From IMG/VR virus record IMGVR_UViG_3300021431_004083, positions 128,001 through 192,000 of that record: a stretch of 64,000 bases of DNA. One strand, written 5' to 3'. Each line of letters starts with the position of its first letter. Within the stretch, counting starts at the first letter, position 1. This document shows positions 1 to 10,763 of the stretch, one piece after another. The DNA is from a virus. Lineage: Duplodnaviria > Caudoviricetes. A program made the position numbers and the translations under genes. Below the pieces are notes generated by a model that saw only the letters and a list, made by a program, of their open reading frames with translations, made no database searches and was not told the DNA's origin.

Positions 1-32
1 GGTTTTTTGAACAAAATAAAACATACGTTCCA

Positions 33-74
33 AAAAAGCGTACCACCTCAAAAAACAAAAGTGGTACACTTTTT
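33..74. repeat. Inverted repeat upstream of the replication operon
   Basis: aaaaagcgtaccac (33-46) / gtggtacacttttt (61-74), one mismatch, with A and T flanks. Terminator or origin hairpin. Confidence 0.6.
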
Positions 75-294
75 AATTTTCAAAGTACAATAGAGTGGAC
101 TGTGTAAACACGACAAAAATCAAAGAAAAACCGACAAATACGTCGATAGGAAAAACGATAAAACGACAACAGTCTCACTCCGATCTCATGTACCATGAAG
201 CAATAAAATCACTAAAACAGAAGAGCGTGATTTTATTGCGCGAAGAGATGATAAAATTGACAAAAAAATTAATTTTTTTTATTTCAATTATCTA

Positions 295-323
295 TTGCTT
301 TTTTCGAGAGTTTCGTCTATAAT
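295..323 (+). promoter_or_regulatory. SigA-type promoter of the helicase-polymerase operon
   Basis: TTGCTT (295-300), 17 bp spacer, TATAAT (318-323). Confidence 0.6.
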
Positions 324-380
324 AGAAAGCACCGACAACAAAAATGTTAAAAATAAAAAGGGGGTGAACGAGAAAAAGCC

Positions 381-2018
381 ATGCGTACATTGAACGAAAT
401 CATTCGAACAACAACAATGCTGTATCTCGACGGTATCGATGAAAACAATCCGCCGCCCCCTATTCAAATAGAAAAAGAACTGCTCACAGCAGTAAAAGCT
501 GAAGTGCTCGTTGAAAACACGACGCGTGATAAAGGCGACAAAATCAAAGCGCCGCAGGCATTGTCCTTCGCGCAAATAGCGGACATCATGCTCAAAATAT
601 ACCCGATACGCAAAATCTCATGCACGAACAGACGATCTGATTCGGACTACGATTTGCTTGGAATCTACCAAACCGAAGGTCGCTATAAAGGCTTATATGC
701 AACGGACGAAAACGCTTTCCGTGAAATCGCCTTATTGTATAACTATCAGCTGACGCAGCGAGAAATGACGGAAATCCTTGTCAGACTGAACGACGGCGCA
801 AAAAAGACAGAGCGAACGAGCGACCCTGACCTGATAGCAGTCAACAACGGAATCTTCAACTACAAAACAAAACAACTGCAGCCGTTCACACCTGACTATG
901 TATTCATATCGAAATCAAAGGTCAATTATAACCCGAATGCCGTTAACATCAACATCCACAATGACCAAGATAATACGGATTGGGACGTAGAAACATGGGT
1001 TCACACGCTTTCGGATGACGACGAAGTTGTCAATCTCATATGGGAAATCTTAGGCGCTATCATCAGACCTCATGTAAAATGGGATAAAAGTGCGTGGTTC
1101 TACTCAGAAACGGGAAACAACGGTAAAGGCACGCTTTGCGAACTGATGAGAAATCTTTGCGGTGACGGGACTTACGCGACGATTCCCATCTCTGACTTCA
1201 GTAAAGACTTCATGCTTGAGCCTCTCGTTCACGCAAACGCTATCATTGTAGATGAGAACGATGTCGGACAGTTCATCGACAGAGCGGGCAATCTCAAGGC
1301 TGTCATCACGAACGACGTTATCATGATTAACCGTAAGTTCAAAGCTCCGATACCATTTCAATTCTTCGGTTTTATGGTACAGTGCCTGAACGAAATGCCA
1401 CGCATCAAAGATAAATCAAACTCATTTTACAGAAGACAGCTTTTCGTACCGTTCACAAAAACATTCACCGGCAAAGAAAGAACCTACATAAAGCATGATT
1501 ATCTGAAACGACCTGAAGTACTCGAATATGTTCTATATAAAGTATTGAACATGAACTACTACAGACTCTCAGAACCTGCCGCATGTACCGATGTATTATC
1601 GGAATATAAAGAATATAACGACCCTGTACGGTTGTTTGTCGACGAAATACTGCCTCAGTGCAAATGGGATTTACTCCCGTTCACATTCTTGTATGATGTA
1701 TATAAAGAATGGTTCAAAGAAAACATTCCGTCAGGACAGGCACTGTCGTCTGTCAACTTCACAAAAGACATCATCACTGTCGTCAATGAGAGTGATGAAT
1801 GGATTTGTAAAGACAAACAGAGAAAAATCAGAGCAGGAAAGCGTATGAACGCGGCAGAGCCGCTGATAATACGCTACCAACTGAAAAATTGGTACAATCC
1901 ATACTATCACGGCAATGACCCTGACAAGATTGCGCTGCCTGCGTTGCAAACAAACTACAGAGGCTTAGAACGAAATATCAAACAACAAGCACCGATAACA
2001 CAGTCAAGTGACGAATAA
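381..2018 (+). CDS. D5/P4-family SF3 helicase (D5_N + ATPase), no obvious primase domain
   Basis: IAVNNGIFN and LQPFTPDY (D5_N), Walker A-like ETGNNGKGT, Walker B IIVDEND, NRKFK and FYRRQL motifs. Confidence 0.85.
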   Translation: MRTLNEIIRTTTMLYLDGIDENNPPPPIQIEKELLTAVKAEVLVENTTRDKGDKIKAPQALSFAQIADIMLKIYPIRKISCTNRRSDSDYDLLGIYQTEGRYKGLYATDENAFREIALLYNYQLTQREMTEILVRLNDGAKKTERTSDPDLIAVNNGIFNYKTKQLQPFTPDYVFISKSKVNYNPNAVNINIHNDQDNTDWDVETWVHTLSDDDEVVNLIWEILGAIIRPHVKWDKSAWFYSETGNNGKGTLCELMRNLCGDGTYATIPISDFSKDFMLEPLVHANAIIVDENDVGQFIDRAGNLKAVITNDVIMINRKFKAPIPFQFFGFMVQCLNEMPRIKDKSNSFYRRQLFVPFTKTFTGKERTYIKHDYLKRPEVLEYVLYKVLNMNYYRLSEPAACTDVLSEYKEYNDPVRLFVDEILPQCKWDLLPFTFLYDVYKEWFKENIPSGQALSSVNFTKDIITVVNESDEWICKDKQRKIRAGKRMNAAEPLIIRYQLKNWYNPYYHGNDPDKIALPALQTNYRGLERNIKQQAPITQSSDE

Positions 2019-2071
2019 CAACCAGAATCATCCCGGACAAACAAACGGGAAGAAAGGAAAACACCCGCACA

Positions 2072-5000
2072 ATGCTCACACATTTTTATGATATCGAGAC
2101 ATTATGGAACGCTTTTACTATCGCGAATTATAAAAAGCAGGAAAATGTACTCGATTTATATTTGCTTCTTGACGACATTCCAATCGAACATGTCAAAGCA
2201 AACTCACATATTCTCGAACAGACAATTCGAAATAAAAACAAAAACTTCGACGGTCATATTCGAATGTTCGACCTGCATAATCCGGCACACATCCTTCGGT
2301 TAGGCGCCGAGTTCGGCGTTTCAACATCTCGTAAGGTAAACGACCCGAACGAAGAATGCCCGCTCACGGAGAAATATCCGCAATTGCGTATCACATGCGA
2401 CACCGATACCGATTATGACGAAAACAAGCATCCGTATCTGATGGGATATAACTCCTATAATTATGATACGACAATGCTCGCGGCGTTCTTCCAAAGAGTT
2501 TTCGCGCAAAGACAAGACTCGAACAACGAAATCATCATCGATACGATGAACACGACAGCGAGATATATGAGAACCGTCTCAGATGAATTATTCACAGACA
2601 GATTCAGAGACGAAATGCCGAAATATCTTTGCGCTGTACGTGATGCGAAAGGTCGTTACACCGGAGCAAACAATTATCAAAACGAAGGACATCGTATCAG
2701 ACGAAATATGCTGATGAGCGGAAGACACGTCGATGTGGCACGACTGAATGAAAAACAGCGCAAGGTCGCTTTGAAGCGAATCCTCGGACAACTCGGGTAC
2801 CAAATCCTCGAATACGAGTTCAACGGAGATAATTATATTCATTCCCTTGATGAGCTCTTCGAGCTGTTGGCATACAACACATCCGATGTTATCAACTTGG
2901 GCGTCCTATTCAACCACAAAGCATACACTTCGTCCTTCACACTGAAAAAAGGACTGCTTGACACCTACCCCGAACTTATTTACGAAAAGAAAAAAGACGC
3001 GTACGCGCCTGACGTCAGACCGACAAAAGTCAGAAATGACCGCCTGATGATCGACAGCTCCTCAGCACAGTTCGCTACCAAAACATTATGTCCTTACGGA
3101 CATTTGACGGACATCGAAACCGTCAGTTTTGATTATCCCCATGCCGATATCGCAAAAGAACTCGGTATTCCTCGTGTGAATATCCTCGAAGAAACAAGAA
3201 AGTTCTTTTACAAGCTGTTTCCTCAACAAAGTCTGAGAGAACGCTTTGATAATATCTACAGGTTCTATAAGTCAATCGAAGGAAAGAACTTCAACGATTC
3301 AAAGACCTATCTCGAAGATTTCGGCTGCGATGACGGACACGGCGGAAAGACACTGCGCTTCGCTCCGAAAAACATCGCTGAAATAGCAAAAACAGATAAT
3401 TGTATTCCGTATTTTGACAAAGACGGAAACGAAACGTCATGCTTTGCGACATTCTCAACGGGCGGTATCCATGGAGCGGAATATAACAAACGCTTATACG
3501 ACCAAGACCTCAACGCGTATCAAACCGTCGAAAATGATATGGCATATGTGAAATCAGTCTATCCCGACCCGCTCGATTTAAAGAAAGCCAAAACAATCGA
3601 AATGCCGGACGGAACGATACGTCCTGCTACGGATTTCTTAAAGTCAGGTTCAACGCTGAAGCATTCCGAATGGAAAAATATCAGAAGAAAAGAACCTGTC
3701 CTTTTCGCAAAGACGGACAAAGGCGGAACAAAGCTCCACCCTCGATATGTATACACATCGATCGCGTACGCAAATCACGAAGACTTTACATCATACTATC
3801 CGAATCTGCTGCGTATGATGAAAGCGTTCTATAACGAAGGTCTCGGTTACGATAGATACGGCGAAATCTTCGACCAGAAATCAAAATACGGAAAGCTGAT
3901 GAAAGACGAAACGCTTTCCAAAGATGAAAGAGAACGCTATAAGGTTCTTCGTGAAGGAGTAAAATTAATTCTCAATTCCGCTTCGGGCGCCGGTGACGCT
4001 ACGTTTGACTCTAATATCCGCGTCAACAATCAAATCATATCTATGAGAATAATCGGACAGTTATTTTCCTATAGAATTGCACAGGCGCAAACCTTCCAAG
4101 GCGCTCTGGTGCCGTCAACAAACACAGATGGTTTGTATTCCGTCATGGAGGAAACGCTCAATAACAAAATCCTTGCCGACGAAGCAAAAGATATCGGCGT
4201 CGAGATTGAGCCTGAGCCGATGCTGCTTATCAGCAAAGACACAAACAACAGAATCGAATTCGACACAAAGAAGCATAAAGTGCTCTCTGTATCAGGCGGA
4301 ACACTCGCTTGCGCCGACGGACCGAGTCCGACAAAGTCCTTAGCGCACCCCGCCATTGTCGATTACGCGTTAAGAGAATACCTTGTAAAAGCAGCGCATC
4401 GCTATAAGAATATTGACATCGACAGAGATTTCAGTGATGACATTTGCCGAGAAATCCTTGAAGAAACCTATCATATCTGGTCACCAAGGAAATGGCTCAA
4501 TATGTTCCAAAATCTCATAGCGAGCTCAACAGGCTCACACACATATATCTACAATGTTGAGCCTGATAATCCGTCCAACACACACATCATGCAGCATTAT
4601 AACCGTGTGTTCATCATGAAAGATAACACGCCGAACACTGTTCATCTCTATGCGGCGGCATATCGTGTTATCACCGACGCCACCAGAAAGAAACGTGCTC
4701 GTAACGGTGAGGCTGAGGTACAACAGGATTCCGTCGCGAAACGAATCTTGGTGCAAAACGGCGAAAAAGAACGTCCGAAACGAACGGAAGCCGTTGTCAA
4801 AAAGGTGACCAATATTGAACCAACATGGTTCATGTTCATCCAAAACAGGTCATTAGATGACCTTAATGATGACGAAATCGCTTTCATCAGGGACAATCTC
4901 GATATGGAAAAATATGTACAGCTGATTCATAACAACTTTATGGACAACTGGTACAATAACGTTCCCCATCCTGCTGATAAGCAAGAAATCATGGTCTTGA

Positions 5001-5110
5001 TGGATGACAAAAACGGAAACGATGCCACGTATGTCATAGAGGACAGACAAACGAAGCGTGATATTTATGATATTGCGAAAAGCAAGCAAAACCGTATCCT
5101 TATGGACTGA
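2072..5110 (+). CDS. Family B DNA polymerase with 3'-5' exonuclease (phage/plasmid type)
   Basis: Exo motifs YDIET, GYNSYNYD, YNTSDV; polymerase motifs DFTSYYPN, KLILNSASG, STNTDG. Confidence 0.8.
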   Translation: MLTHFYDIETLWNAFTIANYKKQENVLDLYLLLDDIPIEHVKANSHILEQTIRNKNKNFDGHIRMFDLHNPAHILRLGAEFGVSTSRKVNDPNEECPLTEKYPQLRITCDTDTDYDENKHPYLMGYNSYNYDTTMLAAFFQRVFAQRQDSNNEIIIDTMNTTARYMRTVSDELFTDRFRDEMPKYLCAVRDAKGRYTGANNYQNEGHRIRRNMLMSGRHVDVARLNEKQRKVALKRILGQLGYQILEYEFNGDNYIHSLDELFELLAYNTSDVINLGVLFNHKAYTSSFTLKKGLLDTYPELIYEKKKDAYAPDVRPTKVRNDRLMIDSSSAQFATKTLCPYGHLTDIETVSFDYPHADIAKELGIPRVNILEETRKFFYKLFPQQSLRERFDNIYRFYKSIEGKNFNDSKTYLEDFGCDDGHGGKTLRFAPKNIAEIAKTDNCIPYFDKDGNETSCFATFSTGGIHGAEYNKRLYDQDLNAYQTVENDMAYVKSVYPDPLDLKKAKTIEMPDGTIRPATDFLKSGSTLKHSEWKNIRRKEPVLFAKTDKGGTKLHPRYVYTSIAYANHEDFTSYYPNLLRMMKAFYNEGLGYDRYGEIFDQKSKYGKLMKDETLSKDERERYKVLREGVKLILNSASGAGDATFDSNIRVNNQIISMRIIGQLFSYRIAQAQTFQGALVPSTNTDGLYSVMEETLNNKILADEAKDIGVEIEPEPMLLISKDTNNRIEFDTKKHKVLSVSGGTLACADGPSPTKSLAHPAIVDYALREYLVKAAHRYKNIDIDRDFSDDICREILEETYHIWSPRKWLNMFQNLIASSTGSHTYIYNVEPDNPSNTHIMQHYNRVFIMKDNTPNTVHLYAAAYRVITDATRKKRARNGEAEVQQDSVAKRILVQNGEKERPKRTEAVVKKVTNIEPTWFMFIQNRSLDDLNDDEIAFIRDNLDMEKYVQLIHNNFMDNWYNNVPHPADKQEIMVLMDDKNGNDATYVIEDRQTKRDIYDIAKSKQNRILMD

Positions 5111-5177
5111 AAATATAATGGGGGCGATACCCCGCCCCCATAAGAAGTCTCGTAAAAAAAAGGAAAGGAGAAACGCG

Positions 5178-6566
5178 TTGGAAACGCAACTGAACACCTT
5201 GCAGGATTTAAACATCCTTATTGACAAGGACGAGATAAAAGACAAAGCTCGCGAGAAAAACCCGACAGAAATATGTATTGCTGTTACCTATCTTATTGGC
5301 GTGCCGTGGGAGCGCTGCGCGAATATGTATCCCGGCAAGTATGACGAATATGCCGAGATAAAAAACAAACATCCCGATTGCCACCTCATACACGCGCTAT
5401 GCAAGTTGCGCACGATATTGATGCGAAATGAATCAGAAATCAACCGCAAACTGAAATATGAGCTCAAATCACTGAGAACCATCAACGAAACAGCAGGCGT
5501 TTTGTCTGAAATCAACGAGCTGTCAGAAGACATCCCATTCACTAACAAAACTGTTATCGATGACATCGCCGTCATTGAAAAAGTTCTGAACAGAAAAATC
5601 GACGATGTGCTGACGATTCTGCCGTCATGGGTGGAAAAGAAATTTATCAAAAAGCTGTTCCTCATCAACACAGCATTCACATCCGAACTGAAAAAATTCC
5701 GCAGAAATCGTAACCTGTATCCCTACAGCGCCTATATCAACTGGGAACCGAAGCCCGCAGGCAACATTCTTCTGAACGACAGACGATTCCTGTCGATTAT
5801 CTACAGAGAAAACGGCGCTCAATTCCATGATATAGAAAAAATCAACAAAGTAAACGTACATACCGTTATGTCTGTCTACGAATATATAGAACAGACAAAC
5901 GGAAATATCCGAATCATCATTGATTGTGAAAACACAGACCCATACAAGTTTATGTCAGTGTTAAGTATGCTCGACAAAAAGGAATACGGAAAAATAGACA
6001 GCATTATGCTGTATAATGACGCTGAGCACACACGCATATGGGATTGCATCAGTGAACAAACGGATATACCCGTAGAAATCGACAACATAAAAAGAGTCGT
6101 ACCGAATAAATCACTCGTTGACATTCGTATGACATACGGTATCACAAAAGCGTATTATAAAGATAATATCAGTTCATTTATTATCGTATCGAGTGATTCC
6201 GATTTCTGGGGTGTCATATCAGCAATCCCCGACGCTGATTTCCTGATTGTGGTAGACGACACAAAAACAGGTCAGAAAATCAAGGAAGTATTCACCGACG
6301 CGTCCATCAAATACTGCGACATGAACGATTTCGACAATAACCTGTCGAAAAAGTTCAAAAGAAATCTGATAAAAGCGGAGTTCGAAACGATCGCCAATGA
6401 AACACTAACGGAAAACATCGATACGATCATCGACAAAATCGACAAAACATTATTTCTCAGGCTCAACGAAAACGAACGAGCCCATTTGCGAAACGATATC
6501 GTAAATTCCATCAGAGCGAGCGTAACGAAAAACGGTACAATCAAAATCAGCATATTGCATCGCTGA
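5178..6566 (+). CDS. NYN (PIN-fold) domain nuclease
   Basis: IIDCEN, KSLVDIRM and IVSSDSDF acidic motifs; start moved to TTG 5178 behind RBS aaggag. Confidence 0.75.
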   Translation: METQLNTLQDLNILIDKDEIKDKAREKNPTEICIAVTYLIGVPWERCANMYPGKYDEYAEIKNKHPDCHLIHALCKLRTILMRNESEINRKLKYELKSLRTINETAGVLSEINELSEDIPFTNKTVIDDIAVIEKVLNRKIDDVLTILPSWVEKKFIKKLFLINTAFTSELKKFRRNRNLYPYSAYINWEPKPAGNILLNDRRFLSIIYRENGAQFHDIEKINKVNVHTVMSVYEYIEQTNGNIRIIIDCENTDPYKFMSVLSMLDKKEYGKIDSIMLYNDAEHTRIWDCISEQTDIPVEIDNIKRVVPNKSLVDIRMTYGITKAYYKDNISSFIIVSSDSDFWGVISAIPDADFLIVVDDTKTGQKIKEVFTDASIKYCDMNDFDNNLSKKFKRNLIKAEFETIANETLTENIDTIIDKIDKTLFLRLNENERAHLRNDIVNSIRASVTKNGTIKISILHR

Positions 6567-6577
6567 AAGGAAACGCT

Positions 6578-6865
6578 ATGGGCAAACCGGAAAACAAAAT
6601 CGAAAAATATCTCAAAGAACAATCGGAAAAAAACGGTTTTATGTGTTTAAAACTATTACCCTCTAAAAGAGGTCTGCCTGACCGTATTCTGATAGGATAC
6701 GGTCAGACGATATATGTAGAAACAAAACGAGAGGATAACGGTCGTTTATCAAAAATACAGGAAATACGCATACAACAAATGAAAGACCATGGCGTACCTG
6801 TATATGTATGTGATACAAAAGAATTAATCGACACATTATTGCTCAAATACAAAGCAAAACGATAA
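6578..6865 (+). CDS. VRR-NUC domain nuclease
   Basis: ENKIE, GLPDR, YVETK and GRLSKIQ: PD-(D/E)xK VRR-NUC pattern. Confidence 0.85.
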   Translation: MGKPENKIEKYLKEQSEKNGFMCLKLLPSKRGLPDRILIGYGQTIYVETKREDNGRLSKIQEIRIQQMKDHGVPVYVCDTKELIDTLLLKYKAKR

Positions 6866-6967
6866 AACATAATCAAGAATCGTTTGCAAGGTTGTGACTT
6901 TGATGATATTGACAAAAACATCAAAATCAATAACACATTCTAATAATAAAAAGGAGGAAAAACCCCT

Positions 6968-7468
6968 ATGAAACGCAGTCATAAAAAACAAATCAGAACA
7001 CCGTATAAGGAAGGTGTCATCGAATTCACAGCGGGAAACGTAAGCGTAACAGACCCGAGCTATGACCGCGAATCCTTCGGCAAAATCAACGGCATCGAAA
7101 TCATCCCCGGCACGTATATCTGCAATACGATTTACGGTAAAGACAATGAACGAATTGCCATGCAGCTTGTCCTGAATGATGATAAAATCATCAAAACGGT
7201 AAACGCCAACCACTCATGGATATCGGTTGGAACCGTCACGAGCGAAACGAAAACAATCGGCGTGTTCCAAAACAAGCCGAACTTCAAAGCCTACAAGCTC
7301 GGTCAGGTTATCAACGGCGTAGCGCTCTGCCGAATTTGGTCGGATAAGACATATAAAGGAGAACCCAAGGGTTTCATCTTTTATCTCACGAAAGACCTTC
7401 CCGAATACAAAGTACGCGTCGTCAAATCAAAAGATAGAGTAGTTGCTATCGAAATCAGTCTTATATGA
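6968..7468 (+). CDS. Hypothetical protein (weak DUF4241-like VTDPSY/PGTY pattern)
   Basis: Strong RBS aggagg; 166-aa ORF. Confidence 0.6.
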   Translation: MKRSHKKQIRTPYKEGVIEFTAGNVSVTDPSYDRESFGKINGIEIIPGTYICNTIYGKDNERIAMQLVLNDDKIIKTVNANHSWISVGTVTSETKTIGVFQNKPNFKAYKLGQVINGVALCRIWSDKTYKGEPKGFIFYLTKDLPEYKVRVVKSKDRVVAIEISLI

Positions 7469-7532
7469 AAAACACAAACAATCTCTACTATAACAGAATA
7501 AAAAACAAGGTAGAGAAAAGGGGAGCAACTGG

Positions 7533-8252
7533 ATGACAAAAAAGCAAAACGATATCGATGAACTGATACGTATCCTACCGGAACGACTCACAAAAGATAT
7601 AATGACAAACACGAAAATGTCGTTTTTCAAAGAAGCCGTTTATGAACTGAGAACGGGCGCATATGTGCAATGCTATAACAACGTACTCTTGCCGGTAAAA
7701 CGTATAGAGGCGCTCGACGGAACATTCAAAACGTGGGGAATCGACGAGTTCGGAACGGACATAAATATGACAGAATATGACCGTACGCTGAAACATGCAA
7801 CAGACGACGAATACGATATTATTCGCATATTCATCCCTGACGGTGAAACACTGCATAAAATCTATGAACGTCCCGACATCGAACGAACCGAATCGCTGTC
7901 ATTGATTAATGCAAATAAAACACAAATTGACACGTTGCCCGAAAACAACAAAACGGCAAAAGAAAACCCGTCAAAAACGAAATATTTCATTATCATCCGA
8001 ACAAACACAGACACAAAGAACTGTGAAACAGACACAGCAGCAGAAGCGCTGAAGTTCGTAGCTGATGTTCTCAAAGACGCAAATCAAAACACGTGGACAA
8101 GGGAAAGTGTTATCCTTGAAACGCGCATCCAAACCGCAATAGAAACACTGCTCCCGTGTATGCAACACATCGGCACCATCAGCTTAGCGTTCCCTGAATC
8201 ACGATTCAATATCAACATCATAACGACGAAACAAGGAAGGGAAACAGTATGA
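7533..8252 (+). CDS. Hypothetical protein
   Basis: RBS ggggag; 239-aa ORF overlapping the next start codon. Confidence 0.6.
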   Translation: MTKKQNDIDELIRILPERLTKDIMTNTKMSFFKEAVYELRTGAYVQCYNNVLLPVKRIEALDGTFKTWGIDEFGTDINMTEYDRTLKHATDDEYDIIRIFIPDGETLHKIYERPDIERTESLSLINANKTQIDTLPENNKTAKENPSKTKYFIIIRTNTDTKNCETDTAAEALKFVADVLKDANQNTWTRESVILETRIQTAIETLLPCMQHIGTISLAFPESRFNINIITTKQGRETV

Positions 8253-8641
8253 CAAAAAAGTACAATATCATTCCTCTTTTCGATATCTTCGTAAAAGGCA
8301 TAGTTGCCGAAAATGAAGATGACGCTATCGCGAAACTCTTCGCTTCAATAAAAACGCCTGAGCAGTTGAAGGAATATGTGAGAGCTATCGACACAGAACA
8401 TCGTATCTGTCGCGGTCAGTTCATCTCGACATGGGACACGAACGAGTTCGACGTCACGAACTGTAAAATCGATATGGAAACACGGGAAATCATCAGTATT
8501 GAACCGTCAGATAAAAACATATCCGGCACAATCGTTGACGAATATGTCAGATTTGTCAACGGTTCATACCGAATTGTCGCCGTTGATGATGATTCCAAAA
8601 TCCCAACAGACAAAAACATCTTATGGTATCGTAAAAACTAA
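8249..8641 (+). CDS. Hypothetical protein
   Basis: ATGA overlap with the upstream gene; followed by a terminator. Confidence 0.6.
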   Translation: MTKKYNIIPLFDIFVKGIVAENEDDAIAKLFASIKTPEQLKEYVRAIDTEHRICRGQFISTWDTNEFDVTNCKIDMETREIISIEPSDKNISGTIVDEYVRFVNGSYRIVAVDDDSKIPTDKNILWYRKN

Positions 8642-8651
8642 AAAAATACAA

Positions 8652-8688
8652 TTCCGCAGAGGCGAAACTGTCTCTGCGGAACATTTTT
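8652..8688 (+). terminator. Rho-independent terminator
   Basis: ttccgcagaggc-gaaact-gtctctgcggaa followed by cattttt. Confidence 0.7.
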
Positions 8689-8695
8689 CAATCAA

Positions 8696-9000
8696 TTTCA
8701 GTCAATCATATAACCAAAACACAACATAAAACAATCTCTGCTAAAAATGCTGTCAAATGACGGCAAAGTGCAAAGTTCATTTGGGGGCTTCGCCGCTAAA
8801 CAACACCGTCAAATGTCGGTGCCTGCAGAGCAGAGCAGTCGCCAGTGCCGAAACCAAATGTCAGTGCCTGCAGAGAAGTATAAAATGGCGAATTTACAGA
8901 GTACCGACCAACTAAAAATTTTCAGTCAATCACATAATCAAAACGTAATATAAAACAATCTCTGCTAAACAGTACCATCAAATGTCGGTACTTGCAAAGT
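8696..9000 (+). repeat. Non-coding repeat region: two ~50-bp direct repeats plus TCAAATG hairpin units
   Basis: tttcagtcaatcatataaccaaaacacaacataaaacaatctctgctaaa (8696-8745) and near-copy (8920-8969); caaatgtc(g/a)gt(g/a)c(c/t)tgca at about 8810, 8855 and 8979. Confidence 0.8.
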
Positions 9001-9043
9001 AAGGACGACGTTTTGCCAAACAAAAAAAAGAAAGGATACATAC

Positions 9044-9670
9044 ATGCTTTCCGATAATATTATTTCACTCGCCAATTCAACAAGAAACACCCTTATTCCC
9101 AACGTCATTCAGAGAACGCCGAATGGGGAAAGGGCTTACGATTTATACTCCCGTCTTCTCGAAGACCGTATTGTCATGCTCAACGAGGACGTAAACCCTA
9201 TGTCTGCGTCTGTCATTTGCGCACAGCTCCTCTATCTTGAGAGCGTTGACACCAACAAAGATATCTATCTCTACATCAACAGCCCCGGAGGTTCCGTATC
9301 CGACGGTCTCGCCATTCTTGACACAATGAACTTCATCAAACCTGATGTATCGACCATCTGCATGGGTATGGCTGCGTCAATGGGAGCTGTCCTGCTCACA
9401 GCAGGAGCCAAAGGAAAACGCTTCTGTTTACCGCATTCCGAAGTTATGATTCATCAGCCCCTCGGCGGCACTCAGGGACAGGCGACCGATATCGAAATCG
9501 CAACCAAACACATCCTTCGTACCAAGAAAACTTTGTATGCAATTCTGTCAGCCGCCACAGGCAAAAACTTTGACGAAATAACCGCAGCTTGTGAGCGTGA
9601 CAACTGGCTCACAGCCGAAGAAGCTCAAAACTTCGGTCTTATTGATGGGATTCTGTCCAAAAGACCGTAA
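9044..9670 (+). CDS. clpP: ATP-dependent Clp protease proteolytic subunit
   Basis: [28 protein letters not shown] (Ser), MIHQP (His), RDNWL (Asp). Confidence 0.95.
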   Translation: MLSDNIISLANSTRNTLIPNVIQRTPNGERAYDLYSRLLEDRIVMLNEDVNPMSASVICAQLLYLESVDTNKDIYLYINSPGGSVSDGLAILDTMNFIKPDVSTICMGMAASMGAVLLTAGAKGKRFCLPHSEVMIHQPLGGTQGQATDIEIATKHILRTKKTLYAILSAATGKNFDEITAACERDNWLTAEEAQNFGLIDGILSKRP

Positions 9671-9687
9671 ACAAAAGGACAACCGCT

Positions 9688-10332
9688 ATGCTTTACAATC
9701 CAAACGAATATGAAAAGTTCAAAAACGTCATATACGGCAAAAACAAAGTTGACCTTCCACGTTATCCGTACAACCTGTATCTTGATGTAGAGCCTTACCA
9801 CAAACGACAAAGAACATCATATCATGAAGCACACCTCGGTCTCAACACAGACTTGCCATACGGTGACGATATCATAGAAGGGTTGACATTTGCTGTAAAC
9901 AAACTGCCCCCAATGCCGAGAATGGCAGTTGTATCAATCTATATCAACGAGAAAACAAAAACGCAAACGGCACGTGACATGTATCCCGATGAAAGCCTGA
10001 AAACGGCAATCAAACATGTCAACACGTCACTGAAAAGAGCGTTCACCGATTTGGTAAAACCGCCGTTGATTGGCTACATCAAATACGGAAAAAACGGATA
10101 TGACCAAATCATAAAACGGCAACGAAACAGCGATTGTTCAAAGGACACACTTCCGATTGAACGAGCAGGTCTGTCAACACGTGTCACAAACGCATTGAAA
10201 CGCGGTCATATCGACACAAAAGGTATGCTGATCTACATCGTAGAAAACGCGCCGGAGAAACTGGACATGATACCGGGTATCGGAACAGCGGCAAAACGCG
10301 AAATAAACAAAATGTTGACAAACAACAACTAA
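9688..10332 (+). CDS. Protein with C-terminal RNA polymerase alpha-CTD-like domain
   Basis: LPIERAGLSTRVTNALKRGHI and LDMIPGIGTAAKREI match the alpha-CTD helix-hairpin-helix pattern. Confidence 0.7.
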   Translation: MLYNPNEYEKFKNVIYGKNKVDLPRYPYNLYLDVEPYHKRQRTSYHEAHLGLNTDLPYGDDIIEGLTFAVNKLPPMPRMAVVSIYINEKTKTQTARDMYPDESLKTAIKHVNTSLKRAFTDLVKPPLIGYIKYGKNGYDQIIKRQRNSDCSKDTLPIERAGLSTRVTNALKRGHIDTKGMLIYIVENAPEKLDMIPGIGTAAKREINKMLTNNN

Positions 10333-10346
10333 AAAAGGAGTCAACC

Positions 10347-10763
10347 ATGTATATCATTTACTATAAAGAAAATACAGCGACATCAAAAGAATCGCAAAAA
10401 CATGTTACTTGCGACTATCTAAAAGACGTTGAAGAAACAATAGATAAACTGGTAAAACAAGGACATGAAGTTACGCACGCCTTCAACGCCGAAAACGACC
10501 TGTTTGCGTACATCAAAAAAGGACAAGCTGACTTCGCAAACAAATGTTATATGTATGGATTATCGCCTGACATATACGGTGAAAAGGTATTGCTGTCAAA
10601 CGGCGAAATCTGTAAAATCAAAAACATCAAACCGAGAAACCGCAAATATCCCATTATCGTCTGGAGCGAACAGAGCAACAAATCATACAAATTATCTCCC
10701 AGACAAACGATGTTCGCGAAAGAACGATATGACGAAATACAGAAAGGAGATGCTGCCACATGA
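10347..10763 (+). CDS. Hypothetical phage-type protein
   Basis: RBS aaggag; C-terminal KPRNRKYPI motif. Confidence 0.6.
   Translation: MYIIYYKENTATSKESQKHVTCDYLKDVEETIDKLVKQGHEVTHAFNAENDLFAYIKKGQADFANKCYMYGLSPDIYGEKVLLSNGEICKIKNIKPRNRKYPIIVWSEQSNKSYKLSPRQTMFAKERYDEIQKGDAAT

Noticed and set aside
8747-8953. 68-aa ORF with repeated QMSVPAE
   Set aside because: No RBS; the peptide repeat is a by-product of the DNA repeat.
8696-9000. CRISPR array
   Set aside because: Repeats are degenerate, of two types and irregularly spaced, with no unique equal-length spacers and no cas genes.
9044-9670. ClpP as a phage prohead protease
   Set aside because: No portal, capsid or terminase neighbours; the sequence resembles housekeeping ClpP.
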